A stretch of DNA of 64,000 nt from positions 90,181 through 154,180 of the forward strand of contig JAJYMC010000062.1 in assembly GCA_021787335.1 (NCBI GenBank). The letters run 5' to 3'. The position numbers and the translations under genes are program-made. This DNA comes from Bacillota bacterium. Its GTDB lineage: Bacteria; Bacillota; Sulfobacillia; JAJYWN01; JAJZPE01. The notes under the pieces were generated by a model. That model saw nothing but the letters and a program-made list of their open reading frames with translations. It was not told the DNA's origin and did no database searches. Below are positions 39,215-48,774 of this stretch, piece after piece. The first letter of the stretch is position 1, and each line of letters opens with the position of its first letter.

Positions 39215-40528
39215 ATGCTTACTTCGTACGACAACTACGGGCTCTATGGCTACTACCCGTATTCCTCATACGGCCCCACCTATAACCCCTATCTGCCCGT
39301 CGGTTCCAGCCCGCTGTACTCGCTGCTACCCACCAGTTCCGGTCCCGTCAGTCTATCCACCGGGGCGCTGGCGGCCTTCAATCAGGCCGCCCAGGCCAAT
39401 TACACCCTTCGACAGCAGCCGGTGGCCCTGACCAACGCCCTGGTGACCATGAACGGCCGGGCCAGCGATCTCCTGCAAGCCTCGAAGCAGGTGACGGCGT
39501 TCAACCAGAAGACCGCCGCCTCCAGCACCGCCGCGGTCTCGGCCCTGGCCCAGCCTGGAGCGACCGAGACCACCTACACCGTCGCCGTCAGCCAGCTGGC
39601 GGCGGCCCAACGGAACGCGGGCACCGCCCTTAGCAGTACGGCGGCGGCCGGCCTGTCCGCCGGGACGTACAGCTTGAACATCCAGTCCGGCGCCAAGCAG
39701 TACGCCGTGAGCTTCGCGGTGAACGCCGGGGACACCAACAAGACGGTCCTGAGCAACATGGCCAAGGCCATCAACGGCGCCGCGGCGGGCGTCACGGCCA
39801 GCGTCGTGGACGACGCCCTGAACGGCACGAGCCAGCTGGTGGTCCAGGCGGCCGCCACCGGCACCGCCAACGCCTTCACCCTGGCCGATACGACCGGTTC
39901 GGCCGTGGCCTACGCCGGGGTCGGCACGGCGACCACCGCGGGGGCCGACGCCGTATACACGCTCAACGGGGTCGGCCGCGTCTCCTCTTCGAACAACGTT
40001 AATGTCGACAACGGCCTCGTGAGCCTGACCCTCTCTAGCGTGGGGAACGCCACGGTCACCGTCTCCCCGGACAAGGCGGCCCTGACTACCGCCATTAACA
40101 ATTTCATTTCAGCCTACAACGGCCTGGTCGGTTACGCCTCCCAGAACCAGCAGTACGTCAGCCCCGCGGTGGCGGCCCGATTGGCCGGGGCCTATCAGAG
40201 GCAGTCGGCCGAGCTCCAGGCCATCGGCGTGACCAGGAACCCGGACCAGACCCTCTCGATCGATCAGACCAAGCTCAGCGATGCCCTGAAGAACAACTAC
40301 ACCGGGGTTTGGTCGGCCCTGAACGGGGTCGGCGGGCTGGCGGCGGCCGCCCAATCGCTGGCGAGAGACATTACTTCCTCACCCATGACCAGCTTCGCGA
40401 ACCCCATGGCCGGCGGCAATCTGGGCTATGACTACTTCGGATTCTACAACAACCTGGCGACGCTCAATACGGCCGCGAGTTGGTCGATGCTGCTCCCCCA
40501 GGGCCGGCTGGTCAACACGATGTGGTGA
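39215..40528 (+). CDS. Orphan FliD-like (flagellar cap) protein
   Basis: YTVAVSQLAAAQ, AKAINGAAAGVTASVV, ADAVYTLNG..SSSNNV, INNFISAYN, LQAIGVT..DQTLSIDQTKL. Confidence 0.8.
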   Translation: MLTSYDNYGLYGYYPYSSYGPTYNPYLPVGSSPLYSLLPTSSGPVSLSTGALAAFNQAAQANYTLRQQPVALTNALVTMNGRASDLLQASKQVTAFNQKTAASSTAAVSALAQPGATETTYTVAVSQLAAAQRNAGTALSSTAAAGLSAGTYSLNIQSGAKQYAVSFAVNAGDTNKTVLSNMAKAINGAAAGVTASVVDDALNGTSQLVVQAAATGTANAFTLADTTGSAVAYAGVGTATTAGADAVYTLNGVGRVSSSNNVNVDNGLVSLTLSSVGNATVTVSPDKAALTTAINNFISAYNGLVGYASQNQQYVSPAVAARLAGAYQRQSAELQAIGVTRNPDQTLSIDQTKLSDALKNNYTGVWSALNGVGGLAAAAQSLARDITSSPMTSFANPMAGGNLGYDYFGFYNNLATLNTAASWSMLLPQGRLVNTMW

Positions 40529-40553
40529 CCTGCGATTGTCCGTGAACAAAGTC

Positions 40554-40584
40554 AGGGCCACGGCCGGAATCCGGCGGTGGCCCT
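40554..40584. terminator. Terminator between convergent genes
   Basis: AGGGCCAC.GCCGG/CCGGC.GTGGCCCT. Confidence 0.65.
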
Positions 40585-40628
40585 TGTCCTGTCCATGCGT
40601 GCTGCGGAAGCGCAACGGATGGGCCTCC

Positions 40629-41435
40629 TCAGTTCCTGACCAGATGCACCGTCCGCCATGGGCCGACCTCCTGAAACCCCAAGCGATCGCAGAGGGTGGC
40701 GGTGGCCTGGTCGTGGGTGACCGTGCAGGCGACCCGGCCCTCGGCCAGGAGCGCCCGCAGGATGGCTGTGAGGGCGGCTCCCAGGTCCCCCTCGCCGGCC
40801 TCGGGCGCCGCCCAGAGGCCGCCGACCATGGTCAGTCCCGGCAATTCCGCCGTGGTCAGGGCCGCGGCCGTGACCTCATCGCCGTCGGCCACGAAGTACG
40901 TCCGCCGCCCGCCGCCGACCGACCGGCGGACGCTGTCGCGGCCGCGCCTCGTCCCTTCGGGGGCCCGCTCATAGAACCGCGTCAGCCGGTCGATGTCGCC
41001 ATCGGTCGCCAAACGGGCGGCGGTGCCACCCCCGGGCGGGCCGCCGGCCTCCTTCATCTCTCCGGGCTGCAGGCGACGCAGGCGCTCGGTGAAGTCCCTC
41101 TCCAAGCGGTAACCCTTGAGCCGCGCGGCCAAGCCGGGTTGGGTCCTCACGTTGTCGCTGAGGACGACGCGGGGCGGGGCTCCTTCTTCGACCACGCCGG
41201 CGAGGGCCGAAAGGTCGGCTCCCGCCGCGTCGTGCAGATACCACAGGACATGGTAGCGCATGATGATCGCCCGGAACTCTCCAGCCTCGTCGAACTGCCC
41301 CCAGTAGCGGACCAGGTCCTGCTCCGTCCCCAGCTTGTCGAGGTTCGACAGGAGGAAGATGTTGTACTCGGGCGCCTGGGCGCAGAACGCCTCAGCCGCG
41401 GCCCGGTCTGCCTCGGTCAACGGTCTCGTGATCAA
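40629..41435 (-). CDS. GNAT-like acetyltransferase (DUF4081-type)
   Basis: PEYNIFLLSNL, AAALTTAE, MVGGLW, RLGFQEVGPW. Confidence 0.7.
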   Translation of the reverse strand: MITRPLTEADRAAAEAFCAQAPEYNIFLLSNLDKLGTEQDLVRYWGQFDEAGEFRAIIMRYHVLWYLHDAAGADLSALAGVVEEGAPPRVVLSDNVRTQPGLAARLKGYRLERDFTERLRRLQPGEMKEAGGPPGGGTAARLATDGDIDRLTRFYERAPEGTRRGRDSVRRSVGGGRRTYFVADGDEVTAAALTTAELPGLTMVGGLWAAPEAGEGDLGAALTAILRALLAEGRVACTVTHDQATATLCDRLGFQEVGPWRTVHLVRN

Positions 41436-41491
41436 AGGACGCACCCCCTTCGGTTGCCCGGGTAGCCCGGTCGCGCGGATAGCGCGGGCCA

Positions 41492-42640
41492 TCAAGGGCT
41501 GGTCGCCAGCCCGCTGATGTACCACTTGCCGTTCTCCTTCTGCACCCCGACGAAGCGCTCGACCACGCCCCCCGGGCCCCAGGCCGTGTTGGGCTTCGGC
41601 TTGACCTCCAGGGTGACCATGAAGTTCACCGTGGGCGTATCTGGTGGGACGTCCCAGGTCGGCGCGGGCGGGGGCAGGTAGGCCTTCACGGACAGCAACT
41701 TGACGGACTCCAGCCCTCCCTGGGTGGCCACGTAGTCCGCCCTCGTGGACCAGGCCTGCTGGCTGGAGGTCTCGAGGTCCCAGGCGGCGCCCCAGTCCCC
41801 GCGCTCCATGGCGTCGAAGTAGGTCCGGATGAGCTCCTCCACCTGCCGCTCGTCGTCGAGCGTGACCGGCCCAGGCGGCTCCGGCTGCGGGACCGGTATC
41901 TGTTCGTCGCCCAGAGCCAGCTTCTTCTGGCCGAGCTTCGTCTTTTCAAAGACCTGCACCTCTGGAAGGCTGAACGCGGCGATGAAGGTCGGCGTCGTCA
42001 GGACGTCGTTGACCCCCTGACCCCGCCCCGGCTCACTGAACTCAAATAGGAGCTTCCATGCGGTGTCAGTCCGGTCGAGCCCGACCAACCGGACCTCGTA
42101 ACCGGACGTCGGCTTCGGGCCCATGCTGACGACCAGGACCTCGGACCGCATGAGGTGGCCGACCACGGCCGTGTCCTTCTTCATCACCCCGTCGACCCAC
42201 GGCCGGGCGATCGTGGGGACGCTGTCATAGCCGATCGCAAGGGTGGACCGCCCGCCGGGCATGGACAGGATCGGCAGCGGCTTCGACAGCCGGTAGACCT
42301 CGCGGCCGGCCACGATGGTCCGTGCGCCGGGCACATAGACGAGGGTCCGCCTGGCTTCGAGACGGCCCTTGGTGAACACGACCACGTTGACGGCCGCGCC
42401 TGAGGCGGCGTCCTGGGCCGAAGTCGCCCGGGCCCCCCTCAGCACGGTCAACATCGCTTGGGCGTCGTCGCCCTGATAGAGGGCCACGGCTCCGTCCTCG
42501 ATGACCGCGACCCGGTCGGCCCCACGCAGCCCGGACAAGCGGCCCGGTCCGGCGTAGCCCGTGACGAGCGCCGCCAGGATCAGGGCGGCGAGGGTCAAGG
42601 CCGCCGCCACGGTCACGGGTGTCCGCCATTTCGACGTCAA
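41492..42640 (-). CDS. Exported protein with PrcB-C and DUF4829-like domains
   Basis: VSMGPKPTSGYEV (PrcB-C); LIRTYFDAME..KENGKWYI (NTF2-like). Confidence 0.7.
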   Translation of the reverse strand: MTSKWRTPVTVAAALTLAALILAALVTGYAGPGRLSGLRGADRVAVIEDGAVALYQGDDAQAMLTVLRGARATSAQDAASGAAVNVVVFTKGRLEARRTLVYVPGARTIVAGREVYRLSKPLPILSMPGGRSTLAIGYDSVPTIARPWVDGVMKKDTAVVGHLMRSEVLVVSMGPKPTSGYEVRLVGLDRTDTAWKLLFEFSEPGRGQGVNDVLTTPTFIAAFSLPEVQVFEKTKLGQKKLALGDEQIPVPQPEPPGPVTLDDERQVEELIRTYFDAMERGDWGAAWDLETSSQQAWSTRADYVATQGGLESVKLLSVKAYLPPPAPTWDVPPDTPTVNFMVTLEVKPKPNTAWGPGGVVERFVGVQKENGKWYISGLATSP

Positions 42641-42763
42641 GACGCATCCCCTCCGCTAAAACCTTCGTGGGTGCCCCTCCGTATCCTTCCGTCCTGGGAG
42701 ACCCTGGCCGGTGAGGAAGGGAAAGGGGACCGGCGCGCGAATAGATGCCTCGGGGGTGTCGTC

Positions 42764-43204
42764 ATGAAATGCGAAGCGTGCGGACGGGAGACCGCCGGCG
42801 GGGTGCGCCTCGAGCTCAACGCGGCCAACAGCTATGAGTCCATGCACGGCAACCGGAAGATTCTGACCCGTAAAGACATGGTCCCGTTCTCCATGTTCTT
42901 CTGCGACAACTGCGTGGCCAAGGCCAAGAAGCGCGTGGGCATGGGGCAGAAGGTCCTCTCCGGCATGGTCCTGGCCATCGGCGCGGCCTGCATCGGGCTG
43001 CTCCTCTGGGCCCACGTGAAGAACCTTTCGTCCTATGTGATCCTGGCCGTCATCTTCGCCGGGTTCTGGGCCGCGGTTCGGTTCCTGACGAACCGGATGA
43101 AGACCGAGATCGACCGTGCCTTCGTCGGCCAGGTGGTCGGTCGGGTCCGATCGTTGAACCGCAACTCGTGGTCGAACGGGCGGAGCTGGCAGCACCTCAT
43201 GTGA
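42764..43204 (+). CDS. Small membrane protein with two CxxC pairs
   Basis: CEAC...CDNC followed by two TM helices. Confidence 0.65.
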   Translation: MKCEACGRETAGGVRLELNAANSYESMHGNRKILTRKDMVPFSMFFCDNCVAKAKKRVGMGQKVLSGMVLAIGAACIGLLLWAHVKNLSSYVILAVIFAGFWAAVRFLTNRMKTEIDRAFVGQVVGRVRSLNRNSWSNGRSWQHLM

Positions 43205-43232
43205 CCATCGGGCACCACACTGACGTTAAATC

Positions 43233-43266
43233 GGGGCGGCGCCGCGCGGCGCCGTCCCTTCTTTTG
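43233..43266 (+). terminator. Intrinsic terminator
   Basis: GGGCGGCGCC/GGCGCCGTCCC followed by TTCTTTT. Confidence 0.7.
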
Positions 43267-43328
43267 CCGTCGACCGTCGGAAGGGAGTTTCTAGGGCCGA
43301 AGCGAATGTCTATAAGGTTTGCGCCTGA

Positions 43329-44681
43329 TTGACGGACTACCGTCAGCTTCGGGCGCCGGGGAGCGGGGGAAACGTCCTGGGACTAGGCGAACTTCGGACC
43401 AACATCCGCGAGCGGATCGGCCCGCCACGGGCGAGCCGGCTCGAGCGCAACATCTGGACCAACACGGCCCACGGCATCGTCTCGGTCGCGGCGGCCAACA
43501 TGATTCAGCCGTTCATCAGCATCTTTGCCATCAGGGCTGGGGCCACCAACTTCCAGGTGGCCATGCTGTCGACGGCGCCGGCCCTGGTCAGCCTGCTGAT
43601 GATGATTCCCGGGGCGGCCCTGGTCGACCGCCGGCCTGACAAGAAGCGGCTCACGGCTCTCTTCTTCCTGGCCCACCGGTTCTTCTACTTCCTCATCGCC
43701 CTCATCCCGTTCTTCACGACCGACCGTCGCGCGGCTGTCCTGGTCGTCGCCGTGGCCCTGATGAACCTGCCCGGCTCCGTCTCCAACGTGGCCTGGCAAG
43801 GCTTCATCGCCACGATCATCCCGCCGGATCGCCGACCGTCGGCCTTCGCCAAGCGCAACCTGTGGATGAACGTCGCCGGCACGGCCATGGTTCTCATCGT
43901 CGGCCGGGCCATCGACATCATCGGTTACCCGTTCGGTTACCAGGTGGTCTTCGCCCTGGCCTTTGTCCTCGCCCTGGTCGAGATCTGGGTCTTCGGTCGG
44001 CTCGAGGAAGAGCCGTCGCCGGTCGGCCCTGGGCGGCGCGCCCCATCGCTGTCGCTATCGAACCTCGCTCGCGACCTTGCGGCCGAACCGCGTTTCGTCC
44101 GTTACACCCTGGCCTCCGTCGGGTTCTATCTCGCCTGGCAATCGGCCTGGCCGCTGTTCAGCCTTTATCAGGTGCGGGTCCTCGGGGCCAACAACACCTG
44201 GGTCAGCATCCTCAACCTGGCCAACACCGGCGGCTCCATCTTCGGCTACGGCTACTGGGCCCGCTACGCCGAGCGCAACGGCAACCTGAAGACGCTTTTC
44301 GCCGCCAGCCTGGGCATGTTCCTCGTGCCGACGGTCTACGCTTTCTCACACAGCCTTTACAGCATCGCCTTCTGGAACCTGGCCACCGGCCTCATCTTCT
44401 CCGGCGTCGTCCTGTCCCTCTTTAACGCCCTCCTGGAGATGACCCCGGAGGAGCGCAAGACGACCTACATCGCCTACTACAACACGGCCGTCACGGTGGC
44501 GGCCGTCTTCGCCCCGCTGGTCGGGGTGGCCCTCCTGGACCTCCTCGGGTTCATGTGGGCTTTTCTGGCCACCGCGCTGCTCCGGGTGATAGGCAGCGTC
44601 CTCTTCTTCCACATCCACCGGGTCGAGGCCGCCGAGCGGGCGCGGGCCGCGGCCACGGGCGGGTCGGTGGCGGCCCCGTGA
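43329..44681 (+). CDS. MFS transporter
   Basis: About 12 TM helices, GAALVDRR and MFS loop motifs. Confidence 0.85.
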   Translation: MTDYRQLRAPGSGGNVLGLGELRTNIRERIGPPRASRLERNIWTNTAHGIVSVAAANMIQPFISIFAIRAGATNFQVAMLSTAPALVSLLMMIPGAALVDRRPDKKRLTALFFLAHRFFYFLIALIPFFTTDRRAAVLVVAVALMNLPGSVSNVAWQGFIATIIPPDRRPSAFAKRNLWMNVAGTAMVLIVGRAIDIIGYPFGYQVVFALAFVLALVEIWVFGRLEEEPSPVGPGRRAPSLSLSNLARDLAAEPRFVRYTLASVGFYLAWQSAWPLFSLYQVRVLGANNTWVSILNLANTGGSIFGYGYWARYAERNGNLKTLFAASLGMFLVPTVYAFSHSLYSIAFWNLATGLIFSGVVLSLFNALLEMTPEERKTTYIAYYNTAVTVAAVFAPLVGVALLDLLGFMWAFLATALLRVIGSVLFFHIHRVEAAERARAAATGGSVAAP

Positions 44682-44830
44682 CGCGAGGGCGCCCCAACGC
44701 CTGGGTGCTTCGTAACGCCTGAACGCCGGCCCCTGGTCAGACCACATGAAGACCGCCCCGATCTCGTCGGGGCGGCCTTCTCTTCATCCGGCCATGGGTC
44801 CGGCCGGGGCGACGTGGCCCCGACCCGTGG

Positions 44831-46378
44831 TCACTTTGGAGTGACCAGCTTCAGGACGACGTCGGCGCCGGGGACGATGGTCATCGTCGCCGCCGTGGTG
44901 GTGCCGTAGCGCTTGCTGACGGCCGTCACGGTATAGGTCCCGACCGGCAGGTTGGCCAGGCGGAACATGCCGTTGCTGCCGGTCTTGTAAGACACTCCGC
45001 CGGCCGAGACGGTGGCCAGGTTGATCGGAGTACCAGCGGCCGACACGACCTGCCCGTAGAACGAACCGGCGGTCGCCGACCGGTAGACCTTGGCCACGGC
45101 GTTGCCCGAGTTGACCCGGCCATAGCCGTAATGGATGTCCCAGCCGCCGCCGGCTGTCCCGGCCACGTTGTCGGCCGTCCGTTGCAACAACTGGACGGTG
45201 GCCGTGTTGGTCAGGGTCGGGTCGTTGGCCATGAGCATGGCCGCCGTGCCGGCGATGACCGGGGTGGCCATCGAGGTCCCGTTGAGAGAGTCATAGTTCG
45301 TGAAATAGCCGTACTGGGTGTTCAGATAGACCGAGTAGGTCGGCATGGTCGAGAGGACGTGGACGCCGGGGGCGGCCACGCCGATGTCGATGCCCCAGTT
45401 GGAGAAGCTGGCGGTGGCGTCGGTTTCGTCCGTGGCCGCCACGGCCAGGGCATACAGGCTGCCGCCCGGATAGCTGATGGTCTGACGGCCGTCGTTGCCG
45501 GCGGCGGCCACGATGACCGTGCCCTTGTTCCAGGCCGCGGTGACGGCGTCCTGGATGGTCTGGGAGTAAGAGCCGGCGCCGAGGCTGAGGCTGATGACCT
45601 TGGCCCCGTTGTTGGCCGCCCAGAGGATGCCGTTGGCCACGTTGGTCAGAGTGCCGCTGCCGGTAGCGTCGAGGACCTTGACCGGCATGATCTTGACGCT
45701 GTTGAAGCTGGCCCCGGCGACACCAGTGGCGTTGTCGGTGGCCGCCGCGGCGATGCCCGCGCAGTGCGTACCGTGCCCGTCGTCATCCTTCGGGTCGGCG
45801 TTGCCGGCCACGAAGTTGTAGCCGATGACGGCCCCCGAGGCGTTCCGGGCGACCTTGGCGGTAAGGTCCGGGTGGTTATAATCGACGCCGGTGTCGACGA
45901 TGGCCACCATCAGGCTGGTCGACAGGGTCCGGGTCGAGTCCCAGGCCGCCGGGGCGTTGATCTTGGGCAGCCAGTACTGGTTGATGGCTCCGGCGCTGGA
46001 GGTATTGTAGAGGCCCGCGTAGTACGGGTCATTGGGAGCATAAGTGGCGTGGAAGATGAGGTTTGGCTCGGCATAACGGACCATCGGGTCGGCCTCGTAC
46101 CGGGCGATGGCCGCCTGCTCGGCGCCGGACGGCACCCGGACCACCTGGACGCCCAGGCCGGGGATGGCCCCGGTGACCGTGGCCCCGACGGCGGCGTGAA
46201 GCGCCCCGATGGCAGCCGGGGAGGTTGACGGGGCGAAGCTGACCAGCACCTCGCCGGGGACGAAGCTGTTCGCCGTCCCGGCGTTGAGGGCGGCCGGGCC
46301 GGCGGCCCAGGTCAAGGTGGACCAGGCCAGGACGGCCGCGACCAGGGCGAGGACCAGGACCCAGCGGGACTTGCTCAC
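44831..46378 (-). CDS. Secreted subtilisin/thermitase-like S8 peptidase with a C-terminal carboxypeptidase-regulatory-like domain
   Basis: VAIVDTG, HGTHCAG, AAAGN, GTSMATP. Confidence 0.95.
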   Translation of the reverse strand: MSKSRWVLVLALVAAVLAWSTLTWAAGPAALNAGTANSFVPGEVLVSFAPSTSPAAIGALHAAVGATVTGAIPGLGVQVVRVPSGAEQAAIARYEADPMVRYAEPNLIFHATYAPNDPYYAGLYNTSSAGAINQYWLPKINAPAAWDSTRTLSTSLMVAIVDTGVDYNHPDLTAKVARNASGAVIGYNFVAGNADPKDDDGHGTHCAGIAAAATDNATGVAGASFNSVKIMPVKVLDATGSGTLTNVANGILWAANNGAKVISLSLGAGSYSQTIQDAVTAAWNKGTVIVAAAGNDGRQTISYPGGSLYALAVAATDETDATASFSNWGIDIGVAAPGVHVLSTMPTYSVYLNTQYGYFTNYDSLNGTSMATPVIAGTAAMLMANDPTLTNTATVQLLQRTADNVAGTAGGGWDIHYGYGRVNSGNAVAKVYRSATAGSFYGQVVSAAGTPINLATVSAGGVSYKTGSNGMFRLANLPVGTYTVTAVSKRYGTTTAATMTIVPGADVVLKLVTPK

Positions 46379-46440
46379 GACTGTACCCCTCCTTTTCGGG
46401 CGCGCCCCCCGGTCGGCCGGCGGGCGGGCTCGGTGAGGCC

Positions 46441-46469
46441 ATTGTAGACGGACTGGCAATAACTGTCAA
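46441..46469 (-). promoter_or_regulatory. sigma70 promoter for the S8 peptidase
   Basis: TTGACA-N17-TACAAT. Confidence 0.75.
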
Positions 46470-46579
46470 CGGCGGTCGCCGGTCGCTACTCCCGGTTTTG
46501 TCCCCTTGGTCGGCCGTTTTCGCTATGCAGGCCCCCGGCCGGCATAGTATCATCGGGTTATCGGGGAGGTGGGGGAGCG

Positions 46580-48643
46580 GTGGGGAAGGTAAGCCGGGCT
46601 GCCGCGACGGCGCTGGATGACGTCCTGGGCCGTTACGCGGACGATGCCGCGGCGGTGGTCCGGGCCGTGGCCCGGGGCGAGTTGCCCGAGGCCGTCGCCG
46701 CGGTGACCGGGACCGAGCCCGGGCGCGCGACCGACTGGGCCGAGCCCGCCCACGGTTGGGCCGCGGCCGCCCTCGTCTATGAGAGCCTCCTCGGGGCGCG
46801 CCGGCGCCGGGCGAGAAAGGTCTCCGGGGCCTACTACACCTCGCGCCAACTGGTGGACCGCCTGGTCGACCTGACCCTGGCTCCCCTCCTTGAGCCGGCG
46901 GGCGACGGGCGGGCCGCGCGGGCTGCCCGCGGAGCCTCCGGAGCCCTCAAGCGGCTGCGCATCCTCGACCCGTGCGTCGGCGGGGGGGCCTTCCTGGTGG
47001 CCACCGCCCGGCGCTTGGGTAAGGCCTTCGCCGCGGCCGGGCTGCGGCCGGAGGCGGTCGCCGACTGCCTTTGCGGCGTCGACTCCGACCCGCTGGCCGT
47101 CGAGATCGCCGCCGGGGCCGTGGCCGAAGCCCTGGGTGTGCGGCCGGCCGACCTGGCGGAGCGGTTCGTCGTCGCCGACAGCCTCCTCGAACCGGACCTC
47201 AGCCGGTTCTTCACCGGGGTCGACCCGAAGGGCTTCGACGCCGTCATTGGCAACCCGCCGTGGGAGATCATCAAGCCCAACTCGCGCGAGTTCTTCGCGC
47301 AGTATGACCCGGCTTTTCGCGGCCTTCCCAAGCCGCGGGCGTTGGCTCGGGCCGCTGAGCTGTGCGCCGACCCGGTGGTGGCCCGGGCCTGGGCGGCCGA
47401 GCAGAGCCGCGTCGCCGCCCTGGCCACCCACGTCCGCACGGGCGGCCTTTTCCGAAAACAGGGGCCGAGCGGCGACTTCAACACCTACAAGCTCTTCTTC
47501 GAGCGGGCCATCGACCTGTGCCGCCCGGGCGGGCGCGTGGGGCTCATCCTGCCGTCCGGCTTCCACACCGACCTCGGAGCCCGGGACCTGCGCCGTCTGG
47601 CCTTCGAAGAGAACACCGTCCAGTACCTCCTGGGCTTCGAGAACCGGCGCGGCCTGTTCCCGATCGATCGCCGCTACAAGTTCGACCTTCTGGTCCTCAC
47701 CCGCGGCGGGCGGACCCGCTTCGTCCGCGCCGTCTTCATGGCCCACGACCCGGCCGCGCGCCCGGCGGTGACCGTCCGCCTGACCGACCTCAGGCGCTTC
47801 TCGCCGCGGAGCCTGTCCCTGCCTGAGTTCCGGTCGACCGCCGACGCCCGCGTCGCCGCACTGGCCTACGCCGGCAAGCCCCTCCTCGGCGAGACCCGCA
47901 AAGGCACATGGGCCCTCGACTTCCGCCGCGAGTTCGACCTGACCGTCCACAGCCATCTCTTCAACACCGACGGCCGGGGCTTGCCCCTGTGGGAAGGGAA
48001 GATGATCAACCAGTACGACCCGGCCTTCGCCGCCCCGCGCCATTGGATCGAGGAGGAGGCCGGCCGGCGAGTCCTCAGCGGGCGCCTGCCGGACGCCCCC
48101 GACCGCCCGCGCCTGGTCGTCCGCAGCATCGCCGCCAGCACCAATCAGCGGACCCTGATCGCCGCGGTGGTGCCGCCCGGACGCTTCCTGGGCAATTCGC
48201 TCCTCTATGCCAGCCATCGCCCAGCGAAGGGCCGGGGCGCCAGCGCGGGCGGCCACGCCCCGACCGAGGACGAGCTCCACTTCGCCGTGGCCCTCCTGAA
48301 CAGCTTCGTCCTGGATTTCCTGCTGCGGCAGAAGGTCTCGACCAACATCAACAAGTTCTACCTCGAGCAGTTGCCCTTCCCACGGCCATCGGCCGGTGAC
48401 CCGGCCTTCGACGTCCTGGCCGCCCTGTCCCGCCGCCTGACCCGCGCGGTGGCCCGCTCCTCGACCGGCCGAACGCTTGAGGGCCCGGTCCGCGCTGAGA
48501 TCGAGGCTCGTGTGGCCGTCCTTTACGGCCTCGACCGAGCGGCTTTCGAGCACGTCCTCATGGCCCCGCACGCCTTCCCGGCCGTCGACCGCCGGTTCAA
48601 GCTTCGTTGCCTATCGGCCTTCGAGGACATCTGCGCCACCTGA
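46580..48643 (+). CDS. Eco57I-like (Type IIG) N6-adenine DNA methyltransferase with TRD and no evident nuclease domain
   Basis: SGAYYTS, ILDPCVGGGAFL, FDAVIGNPPW, FENRRGLF, LLNSFVLDF. Confidence 0.85.
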   Translation: MGKVSRAAATALDDVLGRYADDAAAVVRAVARGELPEAVAAVTGTEPGRATDWAEPAHGWAAAALVYESLLGARRRRARKVSGAYYTSRQLVDRLVDLTLAPLLEPAGDGRAARAARGASGALKRLRILDPCVGGGAFLVATARRLGKAFAAAGLRPEAVADCLCGVDSDPLAVEIAAGAVAEALGVRPADLAERFVVADSLLEPDLSRFFTGVDPKGFDAVIGNPPWEIIKPNSREFFAQYDPAFRGLPKPRALARAAELCADPVVARAWAAEQSRVAALATHVRTGGLFRKQGPSGDFNTYKLFFERAIDLCRPGGRVGLILPSGFHTDLGARDLRRLAFEENTVQYLLGFENRRGLFPIDRRYKFDLLVLTRGGRTRFVRAVFMAHDPAARPAVTVRLTDLRRFSPRSLSLPEFRSTADARVAALAYAGKPLLGETRKGTWALDFRREFDLTVHSHLFNTDGRGLPLWEGKMINQYDPAFAAPRHWIEEEAGRRVLSGRLPDAPDRPRLVVRSIAASTNQRTLIAAVVPPGRFLGNSLLYASHRPAKGRGASAGGHAPTEDELHFAVALLNSFVLDFLLRQKVSTNINKFYLEQLPFPRPSAGDPAFDVLAALSRRLTRAVARSSTGRTLEGPVRAEIEARVAVLYGLDRAAFEHVLMAPHAFPAVDRRFKLRCLSAFEDICAT

Positions 48644-48698
48644 CCAGCCCGGCGAGGAAAAGCCAGGCCGCTTTACCATCTAAAAGCGACCCCGCGGC

Positions 48699-48727
48699 GG
48701 AACTTTGGGGCGATCCATGTCGTCATA
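48699..48727 (+). promoter_or_regulatory. ECF sigma-type promoter
   Basis: GGAAC-N17-CGTCATA. Confidence 0.55.
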
Positions 48728-48774
48728 CGGATTGGCCGCCAAGGCGGCTATCCCGATGAAAGAAGGCCGTTCCC

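Noticed and set aside
46580..48643. BREX PglX or DISARM system
   Set aside because: None of the partner genes are adjacent.
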